Below are positions 14,478 to 23,891 of a stretch of DNA of 64,000 nt, one piece after another. The notes under the pieces are model-generated. The model saw nothing but the letters and a program-made list of their open reading frames with translations. It searched no databases and was not told the DNA's origin. A program made the translations under genes and the position numbers. The stretch lies in sequence record MW879344.1; one strand, given 5' to 3'. How positions within the stretch are numbered: position 1 is the stretch's first letter; the number at the start of each line of letters is the position of its first letter.

Positions 14478-14705
14478 ATGAAACGTAACTACTTCCATTT
14501 TGTTACTTTTACTAAACCAAAGGTATCTACAGCTAAAAGTGCAGACGATGTAGCACAATTAATTGAAGATACTATCAATAAAATGCAAGAAGATGGTGAA
14601 AAATATGGAGAAATTCATATTGATATGCCAGAAGACTTAACACCAGAAGAACAACAAATGTTCATAGAAGAAATTATGAAACGATTTGGTGGAACTGATG
14701 AGTAA
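14478..14705 (+). CDS. hypothetical protein
   Basis: ATG 14478 after TGGA. Confidence 0.7.
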   Translation: MKRNYFHFVTFTKPKVSTAKSADDVAQLIEDTINKMQEDGEKYGEIHIDMPEDLTPEEQQMFIEEIMKRFGGTDE

Positions 14706-14952
14706 TTCATTTTATGAAGATTTAAGATTTAGATATATTGAAGTGCTTGATTGTCAAGCATATTGTAATCCTGATGAACCTACTAGCAACAAACATTTAG
14801 TATGGATGTTATTAGAACTAAGTAATCCTAATATGTCTGAAACAAAGAAACACAGATGGTTAGGATACATACAAGGTTGTATGGTTTCTAAAGGACTAAT
14901 CAATGTTCAAGAAGAACGTGAATTAACCAGAGATGTATTTCAAGGTAAATAA
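14698..14952 (+). CDS. hypothetical protein
   Basis: ORF with KHRWLGYIQG motif. Confidence 0.75.
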   Translation: MSNSFYEDLRFRYIEVLDCQAYCNPDEPTSNKHLVWMLLELSNPNMSETKKHRWLGYIQGCMVSKGLINVQEERELTRDVFQGK

Positions 14953-14953
14953 T

Positions 14954-15163
14954 ATGAAAAAATATTTTGTACGCTACACTTATCCTAGTACGGAATATAG
15001 TCAAGAACTTCATGACTTTGAACGAATAGAAACAAGTGATATTATTAGTACTGAACACGAATTTGAAGATATTTCGGATGTTCGTGAAAAATTAAGAAGT
15101 GTATTTTCATGGCGTAATATTCAAGAACATGAATTTGACGTTATAGCATTGAACGTGCTATAA
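14954..15163 (+). CDS. hypothetical protein
   Basis: ORF, AAGG SD. Confidence 0.7.
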   Translation: MKKYFVRYTYPSTEYSQELHDFERIETSDIISTEHEFEDISDVREKLRSVFSWRNIQEHEFDVIALNVL

Positions 15164-15168
15164 TAAAT

Positions 15169-15240
15169 GGAGCTATCGTATATCGGTTAGTATACTCCCC
15201 TGTCACGGGAGAGAGGCGGGTTCGATTCCCGCTAGTTCCG
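15169..15240 (+). tRNA. tRNA-Asp(GTC)
   Basis: GGAGCTA/TAGTTCC, CTCCC-CT-GTC-AC-GGGAG, G73. Confidence 0.93.
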
Positions 15241-15257
15241 CAAAAATAAGGAAAAAT

Positions 15258-15521
15258 ATGAATAAGAAAGCTAAAAAACGTATTTTTAATACTGTGATAG
15301 AAACATCATCAGAACATTGTAAGTACAATTACTGGTATCATAATCTTCTTAGAAAAACAATTTTACTTATGTCTAAAGGAAAGTATCGTAAATCTGAGAA
15401 AGAGATTATACGAATACTTACTGCAAGACATGGTAAACCTAGATATAATCCTACACCAGAACAACATGATGAAATGGTTCGTTTAGAACAAAGTGTTGGT
15501 CTAATGTGTGGTGTTAAATAA
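15258..15521 (+). CDS. basic hypothetical protein
   Basis: ORF with AAGGA SD. Confidence 0.7.
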   Translation: MNKKAKKRIFNTVIETSSEHCKYNYWYHNLLRKTILLMSKGKYRKSEKEIIRILTARHGKPRYNPTPEQHDEMVRLEQSVGLMCGVK

Positions 15522-15524
15522 ATT

Positions 15525-15915
15525 GGTAATAAAGAGTGTAAGGGTTAGTACTTAGTATCATATCCCCCCCTCTACTTTCATCCCCCATAAATTGGGTTCT
15601 AGTCGTAGACACAAAGAAGTACTTTATTACCCGCGATTTTCCCGAAAGGGTGACGATGTGAATAGTGCATATCCTTGTAGTATGGGACAGTACTACATTT
15701 TTATAAATAAATTGGAATAGAGAATGAGACTGCCCTCACTATTCGACGCTTTAAGTAGCTAGCAGACGTTTACTGCATGTAATAAATATGATAGTAGGTT
15801 GCAATTCATATTGTTGTGCGGTATCATGCAACCACTTTGGATAAAGGTCAAGAAACTAGATTCTCTTTATCGACGCTTTAAGTAGCTTTCTAGAGAGTAC
15901 TTTCGGGTACTCATC
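15525..15915 (+). ncRNA. structured non-coding region with 18-nt direct repeat
   Basis: GGTAATAAAG/CTTTATTACC stem; TCGACGCTTTAAGTAGCT at 15743 and 15870; no ORF. Confidence 0.5.
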
Positions 15916-15933
15916 CCAAATAATATAAACACT

Positions 15934-16007
15934 GTTCTCGTAGCTCATTCGGATAGAGCGTCACGCTACGAACGTGAAGGTAGTAGGTTCGATCCCTTCC
16001 GAGAACG
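15934..16007 (+). tRNA. tRNA-Arg(ACG)
   Basis: GTTCTCG/CGAGAAC, TCACG-CT-ACG-AA-CGTGA. Confidence 0.9.
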
Positions 16008-16026
16008 CACATTAAAGGTCATTAAG

Positions 16027-16248
16027 ATGAAATCACTAGTAACTATGGTAAAAGACAAAAAAGTCTATTTTAGCCATTATCAAAACAACGAGTTATGGTA
16101 CAGTACTGAATGCGGATTTATGTTTCCGGTTCCGGTATCTGATACTGGTAACGCAGAATTTAAACAAGAAGATAAAGCCACTTTCTTTATGCGTTGGATT
16201 CGCAAACATCTTGAAATGATCGAGAATGAGCGAGTTCAGTTTGAATGA
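16027..16248 (+). CDS. hypothetical protein
   Basis: ORF with AAGG SD. Confidence 0.8.
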   Translation: MKSLVTMVKDKKVYFSHYQNNELWYSTECGFMFPVPVSDTGNAEFKQEDKATFFMRWIRKHLEMIENERVQFE

Positions 16249-16562
16249 GAGAACCAATGTCTGATGAGAACTGGAAAGAAGTACATACTATAATTAATAA
16301 TTACATAACCAACGGTGAAAATACCGTCTATGGATATGTAACGTATGATTACTTTCCAAAGTACTGTTATATGATGGGAACTGGCTTTAGTTTTACAAAT
16401 GAATACGTTCATTTTAACGGAAGCCGACGCATTATAGATCAAGTACTGTCAGAAGAATCTTTCTTTCAACAAAGTACAATCTATGATTTTTACGACCTAA
16501 CACTCGAAGAAATCATAGCATTAAAAGAAATCTATAAATTTATGCTAGGGGATTTTCCGTGA
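16245..16562 (+). CDS. hypothetical protein, EExxFQ family
   Basis: SEESFFQQSTIYDFYDL. Confidence 0.75.
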   Translation: MREPMSDENWKEVHTIINNYITNGENTVYGYVTYDYFPKYCYMMGTGFSFTNEYVHFNGSRRIIDQVLSEESFFQQSTIYDFYDLTLEEIIALKEIYKFMLGDFP

Positions 16563-16981
16563 GGAAAATCCCTTTTTCGTTTCTGGAGTTTATGTTGAAC
16601 AATATTAATACATTACTTAGACAATATATTAAGATTATTAAATCGTTTGACCATCCTATAACCCGCGACGAAATTGAAATTTATGGTTTTAATAATTGTA
16701 TTAGAAATTTAAGAACTACACCGTGTAATACTAGTACTGATTTGTTATTTGATTTTGGTAGATATACACATGATAAAAAGTTTAATCATATTGGAATAAT
16801 AAAAGTATCTAGTGAATTATTATGGTACATTTATTTTGGTGGAAATATAAGATTCAAAACTGACCTTACTGAAGAAGAAATATTTCAACAAAGTACTGTT
16901 AATAACTTCTATGATTTGGAACCTGATGTTGCATCAAATATATCAGAGTTGATTTCATTATTAGAACACTTATGGAAATAA
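16559..16981 (+). CDS. hypothetical protein, EExxFQ family
   Basis: TEEEIFQQSTVNNFYDL. Confidence 0.75.
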   Translation: MRKIPFSFLEFMLNNINTLLRQYIKIIKSFDHPITRDEIEIYGFNNCIRNLRTTPCNTSTDLLFDFGRYTHDKKFNHIGIIKVSSELLWYIYFGGNIRFKTDLTEEEIFQQSTVNNFYDLEPDVASNISELISLLEHLWK

Positions 16982-16984
16982 ATT

Positions 16985-17410
16985 ATGAATGTATTTGAAA
17001 CGTGTTTTTTATATGCAAGTAATGGTAACCAAAATAAAACAATTAGAAGTGTAAATGATGAAAAAATTCTATTCATGTACAAAGTCATAACCGAATATGA
17101 TTCTTCAATTGAACAGAATGTGTGTATTTTAATGATTACTGTGTTTGAGGAAAGTGAAACATTAATATTTGCCTTTGGCATATCTGAACAATATCCAGAT
17201 ATTGGAATTTCAATTATGAAAGTACAAGGTAATAAAACCTTACATTGCAGTGATGTAAGTACTGTAGAAGATTTAGAAGCACGTTTGTTTCAATTGGAAA
17301 CAGTAGTTGATGTATATGATTTAGATACTTCTTTATTGGATAAAATGAATATTATTCGTGAAGTATTTTTAAATAAAAAAGATGAAACGGTGCTGAATAA
17401 TCTGGTATAA
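16985..17410 (+). CDS. hypothetical protein, EExxFQ family
   Basis: LEARLFQLETVVDVYDL. Confidence 0.75.
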   Translation: MNVFETCFLYASNGNQNKTIRSVNDEKILFMYKVITEYDSSIEQNVCILMITVFEESETLIFAFGISEQYPDIGISIMKVQGNKTLHCSDVSTVEDLEARLFQLETVVDVYDLDTSLLDKMNIIREVFLNKKDETVLNNLV

Positions 17411-17433
17411 TATCAGTACCTTAGAAATAAATT

Positions 17434-17510
17434 CGGGGTGTAGCTCAGTTGATTAGAGTGCATATTTTGGGGATATGAAGCCGCTGGTTTGAGTCCAGCC
17501 ATCCCGACCA
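17434..17510 (+). tRNA. tRNA-Pro(TGG)
   Basis: CGGGGTG/CATCCCG, CATAT-TT-TGG-GG-ATATG, ACCA. Confidence 0.88.
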
Positions 17511-17519
17511 ATACAAAAT

Positions 17520-17591
17520 CTCCGATTGGGTCATTGGTTGATCGCATAGTTTGGGACTATGATTAAGGGTGTTCGATTCACTCATTGGAGA
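17520..17591 (+). tRNA. tRNA-Pro(TGG), second divergent copy
   Basis: CTCCGAT/ATTGGAG, CATAG-TT-TGG-GA-CTATG. Confidence 0.8.
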
Positions 17592-17658
17592 CTAACTGTA
17601 GGTTTTGAGTTCAAAACCTACAACATTGATAAATATTCCATAACAGGGAGATTTATCA

Positions 17659-18255
17659 ATGAAAATAAATTTTACGAAAGAGCAGCTTTTGAAAGCATCT
17701 ATTGGTATAACAAGAAAAGTTCATCTTTATAGGAATTTAGGTATTGCGAATACAAATAGTACAACATCTAATAAAATAAAACAACTGTGTTTAGATAATG
17801 GTATTGATATAGAACAAATAATACACGACAATTTGTATGAATATAAATCATGTCCAGTGTGTGGAAATGAGTTTAAAGTTTCTAAACAATATGAAACACA
17901 TAGTCCAAAAACCACTTGCTCACATTCTTGCTCTAATACCTACTTCAGAAGTGGTATTAATAATGGTTCTCATGCCAAAGCCCTATCAACAGATAAAATT
18001 AGGAAGGCTAAAGAAAATTCTCAATACAGAACACTGTGTTTTCATTATCATGAAAAGAAATGTGTAGTATGTGGGGAGAAAAATATAGTTGCTGTTCATC
18101 ATTATGATGAAAATCATTATAATAATGAACCATCAAATTTAATACCATTATGTCCAACGCATCATGTTTATATGCATAGTAGTTTCAAACATTTAATTGA
18201 AGAACAAGTACACCAATATGTACTTAACTGGAAAAATAACAATAATGTACTATAG
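17659..18255 (+). CDS. HNH homing endonuclease
   Basis: CVVCG...AVHHYDENHYNNEPSNLIPLCPTHH; ATAAATA 17629-17635. Confidence 0.88.
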   Translation: MKINFTKEQLLKASIGITRKVHLYRNLGIANTNSTTSNKIKQLCLDNGIDIEQIIHDNLYEYKSCPVCGNEFKVSKQYETHSPKTTCSHSCSNTYFRSGINNGSHAKALSTDKIRKAKENSQYRTLCFHYHEKKCVVCGEKNIVAVHHYDENHYNNEPSNLIPLCPTHHVYMHSSFKHLIEEQVHQYVLNWKNNNNVL

Positions 18256-18598
18256 AATATGCACAAAACCTTATTCTGACAGAGTTATTACCATGACGCA
18301 TTTGAGGGGTTTTTATGGTGACTGGATAGAAGAATTTGGAATGAATTATAATGTTGATACTAAAGAATGGATGTTATGGTATTTGGAAAACAGAGAAAAA
18401 ATTTATTTAGATTTTATATTATTAGATAAAAATATAGATCAATTTGAATTAGAAAATTATCCAGTTCCTTTAAAATCATTACAAATAATACAAGAATATA
18501 TGTTATTCTTTTTATTACATGACAATAATCCATCATTTGTATTAAATGAAAAATTACAAATTGTAAGATATAATTATAAAGAAATAATATCGGAATAA
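18245..18598 (+). CDS. hypothetical protein
   Basis: ORF; start uncertain. Confidence 0.6.
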   Translation: MYYRICTKPYSDRVITMTHLRGFYGDWIEEFGMNYNVDTKEWMLWYLENREKIYLDFILLDKNIDQFELENYPVPLKSLQIIQEYMLFFLLHDNNPSFVLNEKLQIVRYNYKEIISE

Positions 18599-18604
18599 AG
18601 TACT

Positions 18605-18934
18605 ATGAAACGCAATAGACAAATGATATTAAGTACTGATTCAGTAACTGACGTTAAAGTTACTAAAATCAAAAATAAGTACCATGCACGACTATTCGTT
18701 AATGGTATCTTATCTGATGAAATGGCATGTTCCTTACGTTCAGATATTGGTTGGATTTGTCGAGAAATGATGCGTTGGTGTGATAAGTTAGGTGCAGGTA
18801 ATGCACATACTACATCAGCTAGACGTAGACACAATGAAGATTCTGCTCCACGTGGTAAAGTATATTACTACAATGAGATTCAAAATAATATTCAAAAACA
18901 TAAGGCTAAGAATAATGGAAAATTATCTTCCTAA
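18605..18934 (+). CDS. hypothetical protein
   Basis: ORF. Confidence 0.75.
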   Translation: MKRNRQMILSTDSVTDVKVTKIKNKYHARLFVNGILSDEMACSLRSDIGWICREMMRWCDKLGAGNAHTTSARRRHNEDSAPRGKVYYYNEIQNNIQKHKAKNNGKLSS

Positions 18935-19301
18935 ATCCGAATTAATAGTTGGAAGAACTTATAGTGGTTCATGTCGTAATTCTGATACGGCTGTATGGAC
19001 TGGTACACAGTTTACTTATGAACGAGAAAAATTTGGTTCAACCTATAATGATAGTGTTAATCATCCAGAAGATGATGATAACTATGATTTGTTTTATCCC
19101 ACAGAACTTTTGAAAGAAACATATCTACCTAAGTATAAATTAGTAATAGGTGCGTGGTATCACGGATATGGTTGCTCATCACAAGCAATGTGGATTGGTA
19201 ATATGTTTATGTATAATTATGGAAATACTGAAAAAGAAGCAAAACATGTTGATGATAGTACTGAAAATTGCTTTATTCCGTACAGAAAAATAGATACTTA
19301 A
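18915..19301 (+). CDS. hypothetical protein with internal two-domain duplication
   Basis: YLPKSELIVGRTYSG...AVWTG and YLPKYKLVIGAWYHG...AMWIG. Confidence 0.75.
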   Translation: MENYLPKSELIVGRTYSGSCRNSDTAVWTGTQFTYEREKFGSTYNDSVNHPEDDDNYDLFYPTELLKETYLPKYKLVIGAWYHGYGCSSQAMWIGNMFMYNYGNTEKEAKHVDDSTENCFIPYRKIDT

Positions 19302-19308
19302 AATCAGT

Positions 19309-19386
19309 GGTGGCTATAAGCATAGTTGGTTAATGTTCCTGCCTGTGACGCAGATGACGTGGGTTCGACTCCCACTAGCCACACCA
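19309..19386 (+). tRNA. tRNA-His(GTG)
   Basis: G-1 plus GTGGCTA/TAGCCAC, CT-GTG-AC loop, ACCA. Confidence 0.88.
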
Positions 19387-19403
19387 ACAATAGGAGTACT
19401 ATC

Positions 19404-19670
19404 ATGAGCGTAGAAAAAATCCTCAGTAAAATGAGACAAAATAAAAGAGATTGGTCAATGCCGAAACTACTTACAGTAGCAAGTAAGCTGAACATCCCGT
19501 ACTCGAATCATAGATCAAGTCATTATATATTCAAGTACGAAGGTATAACAGATAATCTGAGTATCCCCGAAAATAAAAAAGATATTCATCCAGATTATAT
19601 AACAAAATTCCTGAGATTCGTAGATAGAGTACTGGAATTGCAATCAAATAATGGGTCTGTAGCTCAGTAG
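19404..19670 (+). CDS. HicA-family RNase-like protein
   Basis: SSHYIFKY...LSIP...IHPDYITKFL pattern; AGGAG SD; no HicB next to it. Confidence 0.65.
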   Translation: MSVEKILSKMRQNKRDWSMPKLLTVASKLNIPYSNHRSSHYIFKYEGITDNLSIPENKKDIHPDYITKFLRFVDRVLELQSNNGSVAQ

Positions 19671-19730
19671 GTTTAGAGCGTTGGTTTGAAACACCAAAGG
19701 TCGAGGGTTCGATTCCCTCTGGACCCACCA
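19653..19730 (+). tRNA. tRNA-Phe(GAA)
   Basis: GGGTCTG/TGGACCC, TTGGT-TT-GAA-AC-ACCAA, ACCA. Confidence 0.9.
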
Positions 19731-19800
19731 TAAAAAACTTGACTTCAGATAGTCAGTGTGATATAATTTCTACACTGATTAATGATAAAGGAAATGAATA

Positions 19801-20238
19801 ATGTCATCGCAAGTAAAAGCTACCATTGAGTTCGTTAAATCCAATTCAATTGAAAATACACGTGAAGTAGAAAGTGTATCTATTGTTGGTAAAAGTAAAG
19901 AAGCTTTGCATTCACAAGTTTCTTCCATGATCGACACGTGGGTAAGTACTATCAAAGATGATTCAGGTGCTGTTGTTTTTCAGTGTTATCTGAAAAATGT
20001 AAAATACAATGATATTAATATTGCAAGTAAACCAGTACTGGATGCTTCAGTATTAATGACTAAGGATGAAATGTTCGATTTCATTTCTAACAATCAAGTA
20101 TACATCACACCAGACACTCGTTTTTGGGTAGATGATGAAGGTAATGATGTAAAAATCACTACTAGTATTCAAATTAATAATAAGTCATATGATGGCATGA
20201 CACTTGAAGATGCGATTTTAAGCTACATCAATAGCTAA
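19801..20238 (+). CDS. hypothetical protein
   Basis: ORF after TTGACT...TATAAT promoter. Confidence 0.8.
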   Translation: MSSQVKATIEFVKSNSIENTREVESVSIVGKSKEALHSQVSSMIDTWVSTIKDDSGAVVFQCYLKNVKYNDINIASKPVLDASVLMTKDEMFDFISNNQVYITPDTRFWVDDEGNDVKITTSIQINNKSYDGMTLEDAILSYINS

Positions 20239-20427
20239 AAATGAACTTCCTCAAGCGACTGTTCTGTGGTCACTATATTAGTATGGAAGTGTGTAAGATA
20301 CAGTATCACACTTCTAGTACTGAACTAATTTATACTAAAATCTGTAAAGATTGTGGTAAAAAATTAGGAATATCCAGAACAAAAAACATTGATAAAAATG
20401 GCAATTCATGTTAGAATTGCTTTAATT

Positions 20428-20514
20428 GGGTCGTTCACTCAGTTGGTTAGAGTACCGGACTTTTAATCCGGCGGGTATATCCCATCGAAGGTTCGAATCC
20501 TTCACGGCCTACCA
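20428..20514 (+). tRNA. tRNA-Lys(TTT) with long variable arm
   Basis: CCGGA-CT-TTT-AA-TCCGG, GGG-TATAT-CCC variable hairpin, ACCA. Confidence 0.88.
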
Positions 20515-20534
20515 ATTTAAATAAGGAAACATTT

Positions 20535-21071
20535 ATGTTCAGTACTGAATTCATTCCTACTAGTATTAGCATGTCTTCACTTGTGGGTATTAGTGGTGAG
20601 TTCCCACGTGGTCGAGGAAACTATATTAGTACACGTAATAATCATACAGGCGAAAACTTTTCTATTATCAATCTAAGTTATGAAGATTTAGAAGATGCGA
20701 AAAGTTTAGGTCTTATCGGTGATACTATGCAAGCTGAAGTATATGGTGAAGGTACTGATAAAGTCGCTTTCATTATTGATGAACGTTTTCCTCCAATCTG
20801 CCTTACTCCTGAATGGTGGTATGGTAGCCGTCATCATTTCAAAATACCAGTACTTCGTCGTAAGTTTGGTGTTCCTGATGGTGTGTGTTTGTGTGAATTT
20901 GTTCCATCACGTGCTTCGGCTATTCATTTCCATAATTATGGGTACTCACAGATACCAGGGTACTTTGTTAAGAATGGTACATGTACCGAATGTAAAACTG
21001 AAGTTCGTACTGTAGACATTGATAAACGTCAATCTATGGTTGGTAACATAGTAACTATTAAAGGTGCATAA
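20535..21071 (+). CDS. hypothetical protein with CxC/CxxC motif
   Basis: VCLCEF...TCTECK. Confidence 0.8.
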   Translation: MFSTEFIPTSISMSSLVGISGEFPRGRGNYISTRNNHTGENFSIINLSYEDLEDAKSLGLIGDTMQAEVYGEGTDKVAFIIDERFPPICLTPEWWYGSRHHFKIPVLRRKFGVPDGVCLCEFVPSRASAIHFHNYGYSQIPGYFVKNGTCTECKTEVRTVDIDKRQSMVGNIVTIKGA

Positions 21072-21198
21072 TGAAACCTGAACAATGGATCATTGATGAC
21101 ATGCGTAGTATGCGTTCTATTAAGGAGCGTACTGAAATTGAACAATCATATCTTGAATTACTTCAATGGTATTGTTCAGTACTTAACGGGAAGGATAA

Positions 21199-21513
21199 AT
21201 GAATTTAACTTTAATTATCGTTGCTGGTATGTTAGTACTGGCAGCAGGATTGATATACTTAGCTAATAAAAAGATTGCAGCTAATGTATATACAAGAACA
21301 TATCTTGAAATTCATGGACAAGATCCTGCGAATGCAAAGAAAAGTCCATATAGTATTGTTCGAACATATAACCGTTGGGATGAATCTCGTTATACAGTAG
21401 TTGAGAAGGGGAAACCCGTTTCACCAGTACTGACTTCATTGAATGAAGCTAAAAAATCAATGTGGGAACTTGAATCATTAAACAATTATGATAAATCCAA
21501 GTTTAAGGATTAA
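21199..21513 (+). CDS. TM-anchored protein, tandem paralog 1
   Basis: N-terminal TM; KKSPY motif. Confidence 0.8.
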   Translation: MNLTLIIVAGMLVLAAGLIYLANKKIAANVYTRTYLEIHGQDPANAKKSPYSIVRTYNRWDESRYTVVEKGKPVSPVLTSLNEAKKSMWELESLNNYDKSKFKD

Positions 21514-21515
21514 TT

Positions 21516-21839
21516 ATGTCACTAACAACCTTAGTATTTTTGATGTTTGGTGCAGCGTGTATTACACTGATTGCAAACAAAATGATTGCAGCGACTATCT
21601 ATAATCGTAGTACTGGTAACTTTGGTAAGAAAAGTCCATATGGACTTTCTCGTGAACAAGGTGTAGATAAAAAGTGGGGATATTGCATCACTAAACATGG
21701 AAAAATCCTCCGTGGCAATGATGGTTATGGATCAGCACCAGTATATCTATCTATAGCAGAAGCAGTCAAAGACATGAATGTTATGGAAGCAATTGAGGGT
21801 TATAAACTGACCACAATTAATTTAGAGGAAAATACATGA
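21516..21839 (+). CDS. TM-anchored protein, tandem paralog 2
   Basis: KKSPYG...WGYCITK...IEGYKLT. Confidence 0.8.
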   Translation: MSLTTLVFLMFGAACITLIANKMIAATIYNRSTGNFGKKSPYGLSREQGVDKKWGYCITKHGKILRGNDGYGSAPVYLSIAEAVKDMNVMEAIEGYKLTTINLEENT

Positions 21840-22147
21840 ATATTTTAATTATTTGTACTACTATCATGTTTATTTCTGCATTAATTGCATTAATGGTTAA
21901 TCGTTCAATTGCAGCACGTATATATGAGCGTACTATATTAGATTTAGCACAATCTGATCTACCAGATAGCCCATATGGTGTTAGTCGTGAGCCACGTGGT
22001 GACGGTTCTTGGGGATATTGTATTACCAAAAATGGTAAAATAGTATTCAGTAGTGATACTGCACAAATATTTCCAAGTATTGGTACAATTATCAATGAAA
22101 TTAATAAACTTGAAAAAATTGAAGGATATAAACTAACTCGTGTTTAA
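21836..22147 (+). CDS. TM-anchored protein, tandem paralog 3
   Basis: DSPYG...WGYCITK...IEGYKLT. Confidence 0.8.
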   Translation: MNILIICTTIMFISALIALMVNRSIAARIYERTILDLAQSDLPDSPYGVSREPRGDGSWGYCITKNGKIVFSSDTAQIFPSIGTIINEINKLEKIEGYKLTRV

Positions 22148-22322
22148 ATCTAAATGCCCTCGCTGTGGCTGTACTGGTATTCATGCCTGTATGGGCGACA
22201 CAGCGAAATTAAAAAAGGTTGACATGGCCTCAATAAGCATGTATAGTACCTTGGAAGAAGCGATTGAACACATTCGACGTGAGGAAGCCAAAAAATGCAA
22301 GACCAAAAAGAAAAAACGGTAG
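22140..22322 (+). CDS. small Cys-rich protein
   Basis: CPRCGC..HAC. Confidence 0.6.
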   Translation: MFKSKCPRCGCTGIHACMGDTAKLKKVDMASISMYSTLEEAIEHIRREEAKKCKTKKKKR

Positions 22323-22513
22323 CCGTTATCGAGTATTTTGAACTGGCATATGGTGCTGAAGAACGACGATTGTTTCAAGTGTTTGAAAATACCGCTTCAT
22401 TTGAGAAGTATTGCATTGATAACAATATAGAGATCCGTAAAACTGGTTATGGAACTTATTACTCTGATGCAACTTATGCATACAATGTTAAAGTTATGGT
22501 GGTCAACCAATGA
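22295..22513 (+). CDS. hypothetical protein
   Basis: ORF. Confidence 0.65.
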   Translation: MQDQKEKTVAVIEYFELAYGAEERRLFQVFENTASFEKYCIDNNIEIRKTGYGTYYSDATYAYNVKVMVVNQ

Positions 22514-22764
22514 TTTTAAGTACTGGTGAAGCTGCATTAGCACTGTTAGTATGGCAATCGTTTCTTACCTTACTAGCTTATATGCAATATTTGGTTGATA
22601 GTTCTAAAAAAGATTATCGTGAATATCTGGCACTCGTCGAGCGTACTAAAGGTAAATTCAGAAAACAATTATATACAATTTATGATTGCATTGATAATAT
22701 TTTAGGATTTTGGATAGTTGGTTGTTTACCAAGCATAGGATTTTTGATTTATATTTTCAAATAA
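22510..22764 (+). CDS. small membrane protein
   Basis: Two hydrophobic segments. Confidence 0.7.
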   Translation: MILSTGEAALALLVWQSFLTLLAYMQYLVDSSKKDYREYLALVERTKGKFRKQLYTIYDCIDNILGFWIVGCLPSIGFLIYIFK

Positions 22765-22820
22765 TCCTTTACAGTACTGACAGTACTGACAGTTCGTAGT
22801 ACTATTTTAATTAAGAAATT

Positions 22821-22905
22821 GGCATCGTCGCATAGCGGCAATTGCAGGAGACTGTAAATCTCTCGCCTTCGGGCTTCGTTGGTTCGAGTCCAACCGGTGC
22901 CACCA
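22821..22905 (+). tRNA. tRNA-Tyr(GTA), canonical class II
   Basis: GGCATCG/CGGTGCC, CT-GTA-AA, variable arm, ACCA. Confidence 0.95.
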
Positions 22906-22931
22906 ATTCAACTCTTTATAAAGGAAATTAT

Positions 22932-23207
22932 ATGTTCAATCCATATATTTCATATGTACCAATGAGTGAAGAAGAAGCAAAAAATGTTAAACCACGAGAA
23001 ATACTGAATGACCATTATACGTGGGTACAAGGTACTTCTATGGTAGGAAGTAAAGTAGTGAAACGTTCAGGTAGGCCGTTTAAAAGTCAACTTAAATGTA
23101 ATACATGTACGGGTATAGTCCGTAATCCACACACCCATCTATGGGCATTAACATTTGCTGATGATGATAGTATTGTGGATGTTAAGCAACTAAAACTGGA
23201 GTCTTAA
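22932..23207 (+). CDS. hypothetical protein
   Basis: ATG 22932 after AAGGA. Confidence 0.75.
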   Translation: MFNPYISYVPMSEEEAKNVKPREILNDHYTWVQGTSMVGSKVVKRSGRPFKSQLKCNTCTGIVRNPHTHLWALTFADDDSIVDVKQLKLES

Positions 23208-23407
23208 TGGTTCATGTGATAAAATACACCGAATCCGAACGTGGATGGGGTGGTGAAGTATGGTATCGTGAATTCAGTACTGAAAAAGATGCACGTGCAG
23301 AAGTTATGGATACCAATAAAGATTTACCTGAAGCTGTTCCAGACTGGTATATTCAAGCTGAATATATTGGTGAAATGGAAAAAGCACCAGAAGGTTATAA
23401 GTTTTAA
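23207..23407 (+). CDS. hypothetical protein
   Basis: ORF, GGAG SD. Confidence 0.75.
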   Translation: MVHVIKYTESERGWGGEVWYREFSTEKDARAEVMDTNKDLPEAVPDWYIQAEYIGEMEKAPEGYKF

Positions 23408-23503
23408 CAATATTCTCAGGTTAAGCAGGAAACATTCGTAAAGTACTGCGTTCATACACCAATGAGCCTGAATTTTTAATTAATCCAGTGTAGGATATAT
23501 CTA

Positions 23504-23815
23504 ATGAAATATATTTTAGTACTTATCTCTGCTTTACTCATAACTGGTTGTGAACCAGTAAGTGCTGATAATACCAGTACTAACGCTCCTAAACAAAATA
23601 ATTCCAAATATGATTCTAATGAATCAAACTTCGATCCAGTTCGTCTATCTGAAAATACAGTTGTTTTGTATGGTACTAGTAACAATCAAGTACTTCTAAA
23701 ACGAGTGGAAGATGTTGATGGTACATGCTGGGTAACTTTGAATACCAAAAATTGGGATTCATCGGTTAGTTGTGTACGAAAAGAACATACACAAACAGAA
23801 ACAACTGCACACTAA
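23504..23815 (+). CDS. putative lipoprotein
   Basis: Signal peptide with LITGC lipobox. Confidence 0.7.
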   Translation: MKYILVLISALLITGCEPVSADNTSTNAPKQNNSKYDSNESNFDPVRLSENTVVLYGTSNNQVLLKRVEDVDGTCWVTLNTKNWDSSVSCVRKEHTQTETTAH

Positions 23816-23891
23816 AATTTACATCATTCATAAGTACTTCAATTCTAAATAATTAGCAGACAACAAGTTCTGTTTTTATTATGGAGTACTT

